This document shows positions 1 through 18,325 of a stretch of DNA of 64,000 nucleotides, piece after piece (positions within the stretch are counted from its first letter, which is position 1; every line of letters starts with the position of its first letter). The notes beneath the pieces were generated by a model. That model made no database searches. It worked only from the letters and a program-made list of their open reading frames with translations, and had not been told where the DNA came from. This stretch comes from Marsupella aquatica (lineage: Eukaryota > Plantae > Marchantiophyta), in NCBI GenBank assembly GCA_973895155.1, contig OZ316893.1, positions 13,470,359 to 13,534,358 of the forward strand, read 5' to 3'. The position numbers and the translations under genes are program-made.

Positions 1-4440
<4,440 letters not shown>

Positions 4441-6239
4441 GCAGTAGGAGGACGCATACTCCTTGGTTATTTATGACGAAGATGTATCTTACATTCCTGG
4501 GCCCTCTTGTCAGGTTGTTTTGATACTATTTTCTGAATGCCCCATGACAGGACCAGAGCTGGCCAGTCACTATTGTAGAATGGCTTCTGCAACCTGCTCC
4601 ATATTGTGTTCTTAAAAGTGTATCAAGTCATCCATCTGACAGATTTGACGTGTCTGAGATATTGTTAGATATTTGTAGAAATTAAAATTCTTTAGATTGC
4701 CTGGAAGCTCAATGCTTCCAAAATATTTTTAGTGCACAAGGAGGGAAGTCCTCTTCTTTCATTTGAAAATGTTCATTGCTCACCATATCTACTGACAACA
4801 AGATTGCAAATTCCGCGAGGAAGCCTCCCGTTTATTTTGATATTGTATATCTCACTGGTGACCACCTACGTCTTTAAGACTTTTATTCGGAGAAGTGTGT
4901 CCCTTACCTTGGCCTACGAAGAAACAATTTTTCATATTCTAATAACGCTGTAGTGGCTTTTTAGAATAGCTACAACTAATCTGGTATTGTAAGAAACTGT
5001 TGAGTAGTGTACTCAAGGAAAGATGTAATTAAGGGTGTTTGGCAGTGGTACATATAGGTCGTAGTTTTTGGAAGGGATCTGTTTAGCCCGTGTGGTACTA
5101 TTTTTTAATGGCCTGTTTGGCATGTCTGGCTTGTGTGGAACTATATGCGGGAAATGCTTTAGTTGAAATCTTGATTTCTTGGATTACCAGAAGTATGAAT
5201 ATTGGGCTTAGGGAAGAGGAGAACACATGAGAGCCAGAGTTACTCTCCTCTATGTGGGCATGTGTAAGATCTCTTTCCTACTCATACGAATAAAAAACAA
5301 TTGATGTTTTTATTAGAAGTCTAGGGCGAAATTAGAGGCTGGACTCATATTAATTCATGCCTTCAACTTAAAAAGCATCCGTGATGGTCATGTGTTGTAA
5401 AAATCATGATTCTTTGGGAAATTTTAATTAACAGTAACTCAAGGTTTGGGTTCTCCCTCTGTTCTACACCATTTTAATTTGGAAAACCACTGTTTGTGAC
5501 ACTGTTTTTCACAGGTCTAACAGTCACAAAGTGATTGGATTTGTTTATGTTTCTGGTTTTCTTGACAAAATGTATTGTCGGGATATACAATCTGAATGGT
5601 ATATATGGATGGAGGCGGCATATGTTGTATTTAGACTCACCCTACACCGCAGGATGGGTGAAGGCCGTTTATGGAATGAATCTGTGGTGACTTGTAAATT
5701 GGATGCGGGCCAGCTATTTTTGAGGTCTCAGTCAGCAGTCAGCAAACATTAATGGTAGCGGCCTGGGATGGAAAAGTGCTGGGACCCCAATCCCCCCAAA
5801 ATAATAATAATAATTAGAAATCACAGTGGTGAATTAGACCTGACTGAAAAGCTTGCCATTTCGCCATTTCCTCCCCTTCCTTTAGCCAGTTTCCCACCAA
5901 GCCACATACCACAGTAGCTTAACATCTAGGGAGATCTATGGGTCAGGATGAATCTAATAAGGTTAGATAAGGATTAGTCTTACCATCTTCTCCTTGACAC
6001 AAGGTGACAATTCATCATGCAGGTACAACCTGTGGTGTCCGTAACCTCCTTGCCAGCCCGGTCCAAAGATTCAGTGATTTAAGTCTTTATGTTACTGATA
6101 TGGATAAAAATTTCACTCCAGTTTTTTGACAAGAAGATTTCAACCCACTGGCGATTCAGGGGTTTATGGGCTGTCACCCTCCCCGTCCCTCCCTCCCCCC
6201 TGGGTGGGTCACTCTTAGAGAAGGAATAAACCATAATAG

Positions 6240-6352
6240 AATTATATTTAGTGTGAAGGAAACAGTGACAAGTTTTCCAAGCAAGAAATAAAGAGAATTA
6301 TATTTAGTGTGAAGGAAAGAGTGACAAGTTTTCCAAGCAAGAAATAAAGAGA
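6240..6352. repeat. Tandem duplication, 2 x ~56 bp
   Basis: aattatatttagtgtgaaggaaa(c/g)agtgacaagttttccaagcaagaaataaagag occurs twice in succession. Confidence 0.9.
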
Positions 6353-6724
6353 AATGCCAGGGGAATGCCAATGCACATGCCAATGCACAATAATCAGGTA
6401 CTTTCTGGACTAAGTATGCATAGTACCATCCATGCATAGTAAATACTCCCCTCTATGTCTACACATCTATATCAACTACCCCCGTGATAATCTACAGTAA
6501 GTCATACCCGCAATTTAATAGATTACATGAGTACTTGCTCCTGGGTTACCCAACAGAGCGCACCAGAAATTCCTGTGATTGATCAATCGCTCGATCTCGG
6601 GAATGGGATTTTTGACGAAATCGAGCTCGGGTTCAGCTTGTGCTTTGCTTCTCATCCACTGTGAAGTCAATCCCAAGTTCAAGACGAAGCAGACGTAATT
6701 CGCTGCTCGGGAAGTACTCTCGAC

Positions 6725-9700
6725 ATGTGCGGCATCGGTTTGATCGTCTCCGGTGTTGCTGTTGGAGGCGATGCCTTCTCATCGGAATCCAACTCCTCTT
6801 CGGAATCCCTTTCTCAGCAACTGAGTCAGGTGTGAGATGGTCCACCTGTCTTCTGAGTTCTGATCTGAATTTGTCTACAATTCCTGAATTCCTGTTGTTT
6901 GAAGGTGCAGAACGAATATCTGACAACGATCACCAGTCCGTTGCCTTCCAGTTGGTTCTTTCGGCGTGGCATTTCAAATTTCACTTACAATGGATGATAC
7001 TTTTGTAGGAGGTGCCTTAAGGCGAGGACCGCTTACAGTGAAGCTATATGTTAGGTTGTAATTACTGTGATGGATTGAGAAACAATAATTTGCTCGTACC
7101 ATTTGCATTTGTTGGCTTAATAACTATCACTAATGGAGGTGAAAACCCTCTTTTAATCATTCTGAGCACTCGACATCCACAAAACTACGAATGAATTACT
7201 ACCGCGAAACATAATATAAAGGACTTCAGCATTTGTTTACTCGGTATCGCAATGTTGGGATTGGTCTCTGAACACTTTGGTACCAGCTGAGTAGTGAGGT
7301 TCGTTTTACATGTGCCCCGAAATTGGGGTCAGTAATGGCGACTAAGAGGAAATGCTATTCCACCCCAACCGTTTTACATTTGTGGAACTTCGTGGTTTTA
7401 GAACCCCCTTCTGATATTTGAATCTAACAAATTGACTTAAAGGTTTTAAACCTTAAACCCTAAATCGTCTTAAACCTCAGACCTTGAACTCCTGTCATTC
7501 TCCTGTTCAGGCTATTATTATCTAAACAGTGCGCATATCATCTTGCTAGTGCTCGGATTCTGAGCACATTCAGTGGACACTGATGTACAGGTTGTCGAAA
7601 CAACTTATCCTGACGTTAATGATCTATGTGGTGCGCTCAAGCGAAGGGGTCCTGACCATCTTGGGGGTGCAATTCTGGATGTGGAACCCCGGAAGCAGCA
7701 TGTTGAGGCGTGGGAACGTTTGCCTCTGGACATCTCTGTTTATGGACGGTCCGGAGATGTCCAGAGATTGGAATGTGGAACAAGGTGTAAGGAAGGCGAA
7801 CCAGTTAGCCAGAGCATACAAAGCGTGATCGATGAAGCAGCAGGGCCCTCTCTTCCTTACATAGGCGGTAGTGCGAGGCTATACTTTGTCGGTGCTACAT
7901 TGCAGTTACGAGGGGAATATCCTGTAAAGCAGCCACTGGAAGACTCTGCTGGGAATCTTCTAGTCTACAATGGTTTCTGCCTTAACGCCCCTTCCCTTGA
8001 CTCTGGGAGGCTTTCAGAAATTTCTTTTGTTTTAAATACCTTCGCCGGCATTCTCTCAGCAAACTTCAGGCTTCAGTATGTCTGTTATCATCCTTGGAAT
8101 GACTTTCAGCTCAATGAAGCCATGTTTTTGCTCAATTCTTAAAACTTGGATTCGTTTTATGCTCATTTTCTCAGGTGAAATTTTTGACGGCTTGGTGGTG
8201 GAGGGCAATGAGAATGACGCAGAAGTTCTGATGACCGCCTTACATGGCTGTTGTGGGTGCAATTGCCACAGCAGCCACATGGTATCCCGATGCGAGTGTA
8301 CAGATAGTGAATCTCACCAGAGTGTTCCACAGATTCTTTCAAAACTTAGGGGGCCATGGGCTGTCATCTATTGGCAGGTATGTGTACGGTAAAATTCCAC
8401 TGTACCACAAATACACTGAATCCCTTTATGCATGCTATCAAGCTGCATTGCTTTGTTCAAGGGTTAGTGTTCCTAGACAGGTGTTCTCAAATTTTCGATA
8501 TTTTACGGTGGATTTTGGGGACCTCAAACTTATGTGACAAGTTTTCTTAGCCAGCAACCTTATGCCCACTTGGTTGAAATAGAAATTTTCAACTAGTACC
8601 GCGTAGGTATCGGAGGAAATGAGTTAGCTGTTTGCCGCTTATGTTCAGTGGTCCTATCCTTGAAGGAGGAGCATCAAAGTTGGATCGTAAAACAGCCTGC
8701 CAGAAAACTATATCTCATAGAAGTCTTGGCTCCGATCGACATAAGTAATGATGTGGGTTGTGTGACGCAGGCAGTATCTCAGACGGTCTGGTTTGGTAGG
8801 GATGCAATTGGGCGACGAAGTCTTTTGATTCATCTACCCTCAACCAATGACTCGCGCCTTTTGCTAACATCAGTCGCACCTGATGTCAGGGAGGACAAAG
8901 CTGGTAGCTTCGAATACTGGGAGGATCTGGTCTGTGGGATTTACAGTGTCGCGTTCTCTGTCACGAATGAAATTTTCAAGAGAGATGGCGATGGAGATCT
9001 TCTCACCAAGGCCACCATTTCTGTGGAAGAGACTCGTCAGGCCTTCAGGCAGGAAATCATGACAGGATGGTCTAGAAAACATAGCTGGGAGGACCCGTGG
9101 TTGAGAACCTTACTAGCCTGGGAAAGACAGTATGTGACTCCAAACAAAATCAGGACTCTCGATAGCCTCAAATCTGACCAACTTTGCAACCGTGAGGAAC
9201 AGGACGTCAATTTTCTGGCATCTAAGGAAGGACAAGAGCCTCACAACCTTCCTCTGTGTATTAGTGAATGTACGCTGGATGATTGCAATTGGCAAGGAAT
9301 TCGAAGGACACTGAAATATAAATCTCCTGTTGAACAAGTGCTTGCTGTTTTGCGCCAAGCTGTGAAGAGGAGGACAACTAATATTCGACAGCGTCGAGTG
9401 AGTTTCCTACAGGTTGCTGGGCAGTACAACCATCAACATATTTCCGCTTGTTGTGCCGACATGTGATAACATTCAAACTAGGGACATTTAGATAGAATGT
9501 GGTGAAAAGTAGGTGTCAATATTAGGATTCTAGTGTGGAGAGGATAGTCTTAATAAATACAATATTATACCCTAGTGGTTGATCGGGATTGGAGCACTAC
9601 TAAGGGTTATAGGACGACAAGTCCTGAGCACGATTCCTGCTGTGTGTTTATGACAGCACTATCTCAGCATTTGATTGGTTCTGAATCAGGGCAGATCTCA

Positions 9701-12443
9701 TTTGAGTACAGAAAATCCCACAAGCACAGAATCGAACAGTGCCTCGACAGCAACTGCGCCAATCGCTGTGCTTTTTTCTGGGGGTTTGGATTCCATGATT
9801 CTTGCTGCACTTGCCGATAATTTTGTGGATTCAGAATGTAAGCACCACGAACGGATATAGAGCAGATCCTTGCCCTGAACCATTTAGTTGCAAGATATGT
9901 AACCTGGTGAGATATCCTGCTTGTAGATGCGAAATGTTTCATGCATTTACCGAGGGCTTGAGAAAATGTTGTGTTAGTTTTCATTAATTTCAGAATGCGA
10001 AGTTGTTAGCCCGGCGATGATGGTTTGTTTTGGAAGTTTTAATCTTAAAGTAATTCTTTTTATTGTTTCAGGTACCATAGATCTTCTAAATGTCAGTTTT
10101 GAGGGGGACTCCGCACCAGATAGAGTCACTGCTGTCTCGGGCGTTGCTGAACTTCAAGGATTATTTCCATCGCGAAGGTATCAGAGCTAAGGACAATTGT
10201 GAAAAATCCAGCTTTCTCTGTTAGAACGTTCAGCCGACATATTCATAGCATTGCAGGGAAGAGGACTCGTCCGAATGTCTGAAATGTTTTGCTACCTTGG
10301 ACGGGCTGGCTGCCTTTGTGATGATCTGGTCGATGAAATGTGCAGGTGGCGGCTCGTAGAGGTTGATGCAAAATGGTCAGATTTACAAGAACAACGATTC
10401 CATCTTCAATCACTTATATGCCCTTCTAATACCTATATGGTCAGTCTTATTACCCATGGAGACCTTCAGCTGTTGGTGTGAAATTCGTTGTGACATGTGT
10501 CCTTATTCTGTGAATGAAAGTTTTATGCATGAGAGGTGAATGGTTTTGACTTTTAGGGGTTTCTTTACATGCACACTGGAAATTTATCAAACTGTTGAGC
10601 TTTGCAACGATTTAAGTGGTGGCAGTTCAGAAAGTTATTTTCTGTGCAAATCAAGTAAGTGGTTGGCGCTGCTTCGTTTTGGAGTGGTGCAGGATCTGAA
10701 TATCGGGACAGCTTTGTGGCTTGCATCAAGTGGAAATGGACAAGTGTGCTACTCTCCAACATCAGATGCTGCCTGCCTAACGAATGCCGGAGATGGGTTG
10801 AGACCTGACTATTCTAGACGAGATTCAGATACTTTTTCTAGCCAAGATACGGGAGCATCCAGCAATCCAGAGATCAAGACAGGAGACATGAAGGGGAATA
10901 AACTTCAGGTGAGGTCAGAGGCTCGAGTGTTGTTGGTAGGAAGTGGCGCAGATGAGCAGTGCGGCGGGTATGGCCGACACCGCACAAAGTTCAGGCTTGG
11001 GGGGTATGTATGCTTATCATTCTATGCATTGTACTGAAACTAGTCACAGTATCGCCCCGGCTGTCCTCCATGGTTTCGTAGTAAAGATTGTATTGATATA
11101 AAAGGATTACTCAGGTCGTTCCAAAAGCCAAAGTAGATTTGAGATTGGCGCTTCGGATGTCTTTTGAGTCTACCGCTGGAGGGATTTGCAGGCAATATAG
11201 TCAATTCCAAGCAATGTCATCGTGCAGAGGGCTCAGAGGGTTGCTAAAGTATACATCAGTGTTCTTGGTATCGAGGAACTTAGAGAAAGCATTCACAGAT
11301 TTGGCTGGGTTTACCCTCTTCGTCTTTTCTAAGAAGTGCAGTGCTCTTTATTGGTAGTATTGATTGATGATTGCCTTTGGTTGTTGTAAAAGGTGGACCG
11401 CCCTAGAAGCGGAAATGAGGCTGGACTTCAATAGGATTTGGAAACGAAATCTAGGTAGAGATGACCGTTGTATTGCTGATCTTGGAAAAGAGGTGAGCGC
11501 TTCAGCACCTGTCCACTTCTGATATTAGACTTTGCTTGTCTTTATGCACAAATTGTGCATACAATGACAAGGGTTTCACGTTAGGATCGTTTTTTGTACC
11601 GCGTGTTCAAATTGGGGATGTGACTGGTGTGCGAAGTACCTCCTCGCACCTCACGACAAGAATTAGTCTTGTTTTGCAGGCAAGATTTCCATTTCTCGAT
11701 GAAGATGTGATTTCAACATTGTTAAGCATACCTCTGTGGGATGTTGTTGATCTTCAACAACCTGGAGGAGTTGGGGACAAGAAAATACTGAGACAGGTGA
11801 TTAACATCTTCCTTGAATATATTCGAACGTCTTGTGTCGGTCCAGGTTAATTATTATCGACTATAGCACACTGATTACCTCCTGGTGTGACTTCCTTGGG
11901 TCTAATCTGTTGCATGCAAGATTTATAGGTGAAATATCTGTTTAAAATAACTGAACTCTCTCATCCTAGATCTAAGTTACCATCTCTCCTCCTACCAAGA
12001 ATACTGCTTTTTGATGTTTGGAGCCTTTCCTCCTCAATGCAATTCATGAACAAGTCTTGCTCAGAAAGAGGCTGCAATGAGTTGACGAGCTACAGTATTG
12101 AACGAGGTCCCGGATGTTTTCCTTTCCCTGACAAGACTTCTTTCCACTTGCAGGTGGCACAGGCCTTAGGCTTGAAGGGAGCGGCATCACTGCCTAAGCG
12201 GGCAATACAGGTGAATATGGTGCCTAGGCTGGAATTGTGAACGTCCTCTATTAAGTAAAGATGTAGAAGCAACAAATCTGCACGCCGTCAACTTAACGCG
12301 TCACAAGTCTGCTAACGGATGATACTTCGGGTTGGATGCAGTTTGGCAGTCGCATAGCTCAAGCCTCTAATTGCAGGGACTTTGGGAGCAATCGTGCAGC
12401 AAACCTGGCTTCTGCAGGAAGTGCAACTCTGAAGCTACCTTAG
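6725..12443 (+). CDS. ASNSD1: Asparagine synthetase domain-containing protein 1 (Ntn glutamine-amidotransferase domain plus Asn synthase domain), multi-exon
   Basis: ATG at 6725 gives MCGIG (N-terminal nucleophile Cys). Later exons encode LKRRGPD, GATLQLRG, LLVYNGEIF, LRGPWAVIYWQ, WFGRDAIGRRSLL, AVLFSGGLDSMILA, IDLLNVSF..APDR, GSGADEQCGGYGRHR, RIWKRNLGRDDR, RFPFLDE, GDKKILR and LPKRAIQFGSRIA. Stop TAG at 12441-12443. Confidence 0.93.
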
Positions 12444-12690
12444 ACGACAGGCAGTCTCATCCTAAGGGATATTGTTCGAACGTTCGATTCTTCGAAAGCC
12501 AGGTATCTTCAGAAGGAAGAGGCCACCTTAGACGACAAGCAATCTCATCCTATGTGATTTTTCGTACGATCGATCCTTCGAAAGCCCTCACCTTCAGCAG
12601 GGAGCAGCTACCTTGACGACAGGCAATCTCATCTTAAGTGATTTTTTTCGGAGGATCGATTCTTCAATAGCCAGGCATCTTCAGCAGGCA
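12408..12690. repeat. Three diverged ~87-bp tandem units overlapping the ASNSD1 stop codon and 3' UTR
   Basis: acctt(a)gacgaca(g/a)gca(g/a)tctcatc..a...gat..gattcttc.a.agcc....cttcag recurs at about 12433, 12521 and 12606. Confidence 0.8.
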
Positions 12691-13438
12691 TCTCTTTAAG
12701 CTCCAGTAGGTTAGGATGCACTAGCAGCTTACCAATCTCATTTATAGAGCACCAAAGCAACCAGGCTTAGGATGGATATGTGTTTCTGATATAATCATAT
12801 TCCCGTACATTTTTGACAATATTTGGGCTTGCGTGATGAAGGGAACATGCTTTGTAAGCCTATTAGTTTGTAAGTTTTCCTATTTCTTAAGCGGCCACTT
12901 TCCATTACGGAGTACATGTTAATGAAAAACCTTAAAAGCTATTGTTGATCTACCAACTTTTCAGCTCTCTAGCGTGGGCTCCTGCGATTGGACCAAAGAT
13001 GGCCCTGAACGAAAATCTGTTGCATTGTGCACAGCTCGGGACACATTTCTGCAGTACTCTGCGATCATCTTCGTAGCCGACTTGGCATTGTATGCTTTTA
13101 TTCCCGTGATGAAGTATCTGACACTGCGATCGCCTACCTGTTTGAGACCCTTATAGCAAAGCAATAAGCGGCAGATTCCTTGTTCGAAATGAAAGGTCTG
13201 ACCAAGGTCTGCGACGAAGTTCATACAGAGAGATCTACTGAGATTCCAAACACACTTGAGGCGGCGGTTCTTGATTTGCCTCAGTCATTCTTCTTGCCGG
13301 GATTTCGTCGAATGATTGCAAGGACTTGCTATTTAAGCGAACGGCATTTGCCCGGACGTTTACAACGCACAGTATGATTTCTTCTCTCCCACAACCGAAG
13401 CAGTTGCTATTTAAAAATAATCCTACTCTACATCTAGT

Positions 13439-15989
13439 TTACCTTCTCGTCCCGAAGCTTCTCTGTTCCGCTTTGGGACTCCTACTCCTGTATCTTCTCT
13501 TGGGGGAAGATCCACCGTCTCTTGAATACCTTTGGGGTGGAGGAGACTCCCTTTTACTGCCATTCCTAGGTGCCCCACGATCATCACGTCTCATCTGAGT
13601 ACCCTCCTGTGCACGGTCAGGATATGCCAAAGGGGAAGGCTCATCCCTACCATCTCTCCTCTTTGCCAGCCTTGGCTGTGGTAAAGAATCGTCCTCAGAA
13701 TGATTACCAGGCCTCCGCCTAGGAGGACTGTCATCACTCCTCTTTCCTGACCTCCGCATTGGCAGATCACCTTCTCTTTCGTGCAGAGGATTAGACTGAT
13801 TATCTCTCCTATCACCCCTATCACCCTGCCTTTGGGCGTCAGGGCTGAGATCTCTCTGGCCAGGCTCTCTCCGTCTCAAGCCTGACCCATAATCACGCTT
13901 TGAGGGTGCGTCATCATCATCAACATATCTCCGTGATGGTCTGGCCAATTCAGAACTGTCTCGACCCCGCACTGGATTATCATCCATTCGACTGGGTCTT
14001 TGTCTGCTGCTGCTAGGTGGACCATCCTCTCGGGTGCGATCTTCATTCCATGGTAACTGGGCACCTTGACGTCGGCCCTCATCCCTAGCCTGGGGTACAT
14101 AGTTTGAACCATTCTCCTTTCTCTCACGTGAAGGTGGAGGATCATCTTTCTGCCCACCGCCACGTCTCCAAGGTGGAGGATTCGGAGGATTGTCTTTTAA
14201 CCCATTTCCTTGCTTCCAAGGAGGCGGTGGAGGTGACCGTCCAGTTTTATCCTTGCGCCATGACGGGCCATCATCTTTCTTGCCCCACCCGGTATTAGCA
14301 TTCCTCTGTAAACAGCGACGAGCCCACAATCAGCTATCTGCGGACACCGAACGAAGTATTGACAAATTGCTGGCGAAGAAAGATCATGAGAGAATTTACC
14401 AGCATCTCCAGAGGCAGACACAGAAAAGTAGAATACCTCTAGGTCATGAGAGAATTTACAAGCATCTCCACGGTTGCATTCTCCTCGTTGGAAAGCATAA
14501 CACACACCCCTCTCTTCCCTCTTCTTCTGTTCCTCCTCTTCGTCCTCTTCTACTTTCTTCTTGTAATTGGCGACATGATCAACACGAATTGTTCTTCCAA
14601 CAACCCGGGCCCCATTCAAGTTATCTGCGTCAACAAGACATACAGCATCCCCGATGACAAAATTAGTCCCTTCAAAACTCCCAGCACAAAACCAGCTTCT
14701 CTACAGCCACGTTCAAAAAGCCATCGACCCATATTTATTTCATATTAAATTCAAAGTTCACAAAGTGGAAGAGACCTGGAATTTTTCAGTTGACACTGCA
14801 CAAGCCCAGATGTTAGAATTGGTTTCTGAACATTATCCTGGCTAACAATAATTGTCTTTTGTTCTCTTAAAAACAATATATCTCCACCTTTGATCTGTGT
14901 GCAATTGGACTCTTACCGACTGCAAGGACAGTACTTCGCTGATCTTCATAAGCCAGAAACGCGAACCCTCTTGACTTTCCGGTGCCCTTGTCCCTAACCA
15001 GATTGACATCCACTACTTCACCGTACCTAAAAGTACATCGCAACGATGCAATTGATAAGTATGCAATTAATATGTAGACCTCATTTGTATTCTTCACATG
15101 CGTCCCATTCTATGCCATCTTCATACATTTTATGAACAAGATTCCACGCTGTACGAGAGAGAGCAACATCGCCGTCTTGAAAGAAATGATTCAAAGCTCT
15201 TTTTCTAACTCCTCGTTGTTTGGACAGTAAGAAAATTCAGGCACCTAGTTTCACTGATGAACTCTCCTGCACCTGTAGCAAATCCCATCTAAATTCCTGT
15301 TTCCAACCTCTCGAATTTTTTTCAAAGAGCTTCCCCTTCACAGTTCTAGAACCGAGTGAGAATGTGATTCCCCTAGTGAAGAACTCCAAGGACAACCTCA
15401 AACTCCGGAAATTTCGGGTCACTCCTCACAAAGCCCTACATTGACATACGCACCTAATTATTGATTCCTCGAAACTCTATGCCAGAATTGACACAAGCAC
15501 CTTATTACAACCTCCAATTCTTTAATCTAGCTGAGTGACAAGGCGTGAAAATGTTCCAGGACAAACTGATGCTAGGCATGCTCGGAGGCATCATCTCCTC
15601 TCAAAACCCTAAACTGACACAAGTAGCTAGTTGCTACCTCCTCAAAGCCCTCCGCCAAAGCCTTTGTCTACCTAATCAACAAGGCGCATAACGGGGCTCC
15701 AGTCTCGGTTCGAATTCTAGGGATTTGCAGTGATCGTTTTCTCCTAACCCTCGTGCACTCGAATTGAAAGCAAACGATACATGCAATGTGCGGAGATTCA
15801 GTGTCGGACAACATACTGGGCAAAGATGGCGAGAAGGTCCCCCTCGGTCAGATCAAAAGGCAGCAGCCCGATGTTGACGTAGGCTGAATCCTTGTACTTC
15901 TCGTGCCACGAGCCCTGCTCCGAGACTCCCGCAGCAGCCTCTCTGGCGGTGATTTTCTGAGTGTTCTTCACTTGCGTCAGGGGATTCAT
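13439..15989 (-). CDS. RBMX2: RBMX2/Snu17(IST3)-type RRM plus CCCH zinc-finger splicing factor with an Arg/Asp/Pro-rich tail, 4 exons
   Basis: Exons 15989-15817, 15026-14917, 14624-14437 and 14305-13439 give MNPLTQVKNTQKI...SWHEKYKDSAYV...LTEGDLLAIFAQYGEVVDVNLVRDKGTGKSRGFAFLAYEDQRSTVLAVDNLNGA...RTIRVDHV...CYAFQRGECNRGDACKFSH...ANTGWG, followed by a low-complexity C-terminus. Confidence 0.95.
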
Positions 15990-16559
15990 CCTCGCTACCT
16001 TTTCGACCTCACTCGGCCTCTGCTTCGGCCTCGATCAATCCCACGACGAATCCTTCCAGCTCAGTACGGGTCACACACGACGTCCATGGCTGCCGAAAAC
16101 CTCGACGTGAACTCCTCCTCCAGAAGCGCAGAGACACTCCTCTATTACAAAAACCCAACAACTAAAGTCTGTAGGAGAAATGCAATAGAAGGTCCGTCAA
16201 TTTGGGTACTGATTTCCAGCTGCTTTTGGATGATCGCACAATTCCTGCTGCTTGCACGTCGAAGGGACAGGAGAGGAAGAAGTTCAGGTACAAGGAAAGG
16301 AAAAGTGCAAGCCTGGATCGAGGATCTAGATTTGAAATTACTTTTACAATAGGTACTCTGGTTGAAACAAAAGCCCTGATTGTCCCACCTTAAAGGATTG
16401 TCCCACCTTAAAAGGAACGTGGCAATTGATAACTTTGACTACCTGGGGGAGAAACTAGTCAAACCATCATGGTGATACTGAGTAATGACATATCTTTCAG
16501 GTTCAAGGTTGTTAACTTATCAAGTTTCGGAGAAAACCGGTTTGATAATGTACTTGAAA

Positions 16560-16842
16560 CCAGCTGCGAACAGTAAGGAGATAGTTTACAGGTCACATTT
16601 CAGTCCAAAGTGTAAATAATGTTTTTTTGAGTCAGTTTAAAATGTTCTGAGCAATTCCATCCAAGCTTTGCCAATCCATCCAGGCTTCATAGACAGAGTG
16701 GAGGTCCAGCTGCAAACAATAAGAAGATAGCTTACAGGTCACATTTTTGTCCAAATGTAAATAATGCTTTTTGAGTCAGTTTAAATGTTCTGAGCAAGTC
16801 CATCCAATCCATCCCTGCTTCATAGACAAAGTGGAGGTCCAT
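16560..16842. repeat. Tandem duplication, 2 x ~147 bp
   Basis: ccagctgc.aaca.taag.agatag.ttacaggtcacattt...gagtcagtttaaa.tgttctgagcaa.tccatccaa starts at 16560 and at about 16707. Confidence 0.85.
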
Positions 16843-17546
16843 CTGGGCTTTAGTTTAGTCCTGGTTAGAACTCATTGTGAGATGTGTACATTACAAAAAT
16901 CATTTTGGGTATTTTGATGTTTATTGTTAATGTAGAATTGGTCATTTTGATGTTTACCGAATGTAGAATAGATTAGTGCAAATTTAAATACCTGTTTGAT
17001 GTCTCTTCTGTGACCCCCCATTAATAATGCACACCTAAAGCATTGGATATACAATCATAATGACACGAGCCCTATGTCAGTGCTTTGCACTGTGCAAGGA
17101 GGGCAGGCCCATAAGGATTGGTCGGGGGCATTATGGGGCAGCGAAGCAAATACGTGATAGGGGTGTACATTTCTCTCATTAATGGTGAGCAAAAACAGCT
17201 AATCAAATCCAACAGCTGTGGATCTTTCCCGCCCAGAAGCTTTTTTGTATGGGGATGAAAGACGAAAAAAGGCGGGATCCTTTATTATAGTTGTAGATTA
17301 GAGATACATACATCTAATGTAGAATGGATCCCAATATCCAAAGAGCTTCTAAATATGATATATATTTTTACATACTAATAATTTTGATATCAAATGGATA
17401 TGCGAACCACTTTCGGCAGTTTCATGGACAAGGAGATCTTTAGAAGTTCACAAGTCTCTCAATTCTTCATGAAAAGTAGAGATATTGGACTGGTTGAAAA
17501 GATCTGTCCAAGTTGCTTCTACATAGCCCAAGACCAGACAAGTAGC

Positions 17547-18325
17547 CTAGAAATAAGGGCCAAACAAAGGACAAGACAAGAAGGGCAGAATGGTCTTTGC
17601 TTGTGGTGCTTAAATCAGGCAAGGTACAAACTCCATCCTGTACCTTACTCTCCGATTGAGGAATCTTACAAATAAAGCCGGATTGAAACCTACTCTTTAG
17701 GGTCACTATCTAGAGTGAAGCCTCTAAATCATGACTCTGATGAGATAACTCAAAATGCATACAGAAAACACGGACTGACTAGGGCAAAGATCAAAGTGAA
17801 ACAATAAGGAATTTTATTTGCAACATTTGGTTTTGGTCTCACCCCTTTGGTCTCATCTCTCTTTAGGTTCAAAACTGGGTAAACTGGGGACGTAAAGAAA
17901 AACATGATTTACTCATAAAAGTGACAACTGAAGTTTACTCTTAAGGACCTAGGTCTAGAGTGAAACTTCTAGACCATAACTCCCAATAAAGACAAAATTG
18001 ATAATGAGATTCAATATGGTCAAAATCATAAAAATAAAAATAAAAATGACATTTACTCTAAATAAAGATAAAACTGAAATGTGTATGAAAAAAAACAAAG
18101 ATGGGACAAAGACTAACCAAAATATCATATAAATGTTATTGTTATTTAGCAAAAATTTTCTTTCATATAAATTTATCTATTTACATGCAAGAAAGGGGTC
18201 ATGGGGCTAGTAAGGGTCAAACAAAGGGCAAGAAAAGAAGGGCATAATGGTCTTTATTTGTGGCGCTTGGCTCAGGCAAGGTACAGAGAGTCCATCGTGT
18301 ACCCTCCTCTCCGATCGAGGATTCC
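17547..18325. repeat. Diverged dispersed duplication in the intergenic region upstream of OST48
   Basis: 17547-17662 resembles 18207-18322 (taaggg.caaacaaagg.caaga.aagaagggca.aatggtcttt...tcaggcaaggtaca...ctctccgat.gagga). The motif tctagagtgaa.c.tcta occurs at about 17709 and 17954. Confidence 0.7.

Noticed and set aside
7440-7490. Interstitial telomere-like repeats (aaaccctaa)
   Set aside because: Only one good unit among degenerate ones. Isolated telo-box-like motifs (also at about 15604 and 18546) are too short to support a call.
15690-15725. GGTTCGAATTC, a tRNA T-loop-like motif in the RBMX2 intron
   Set aside because: No acceptor, D or anticodon stems can be formed around it.
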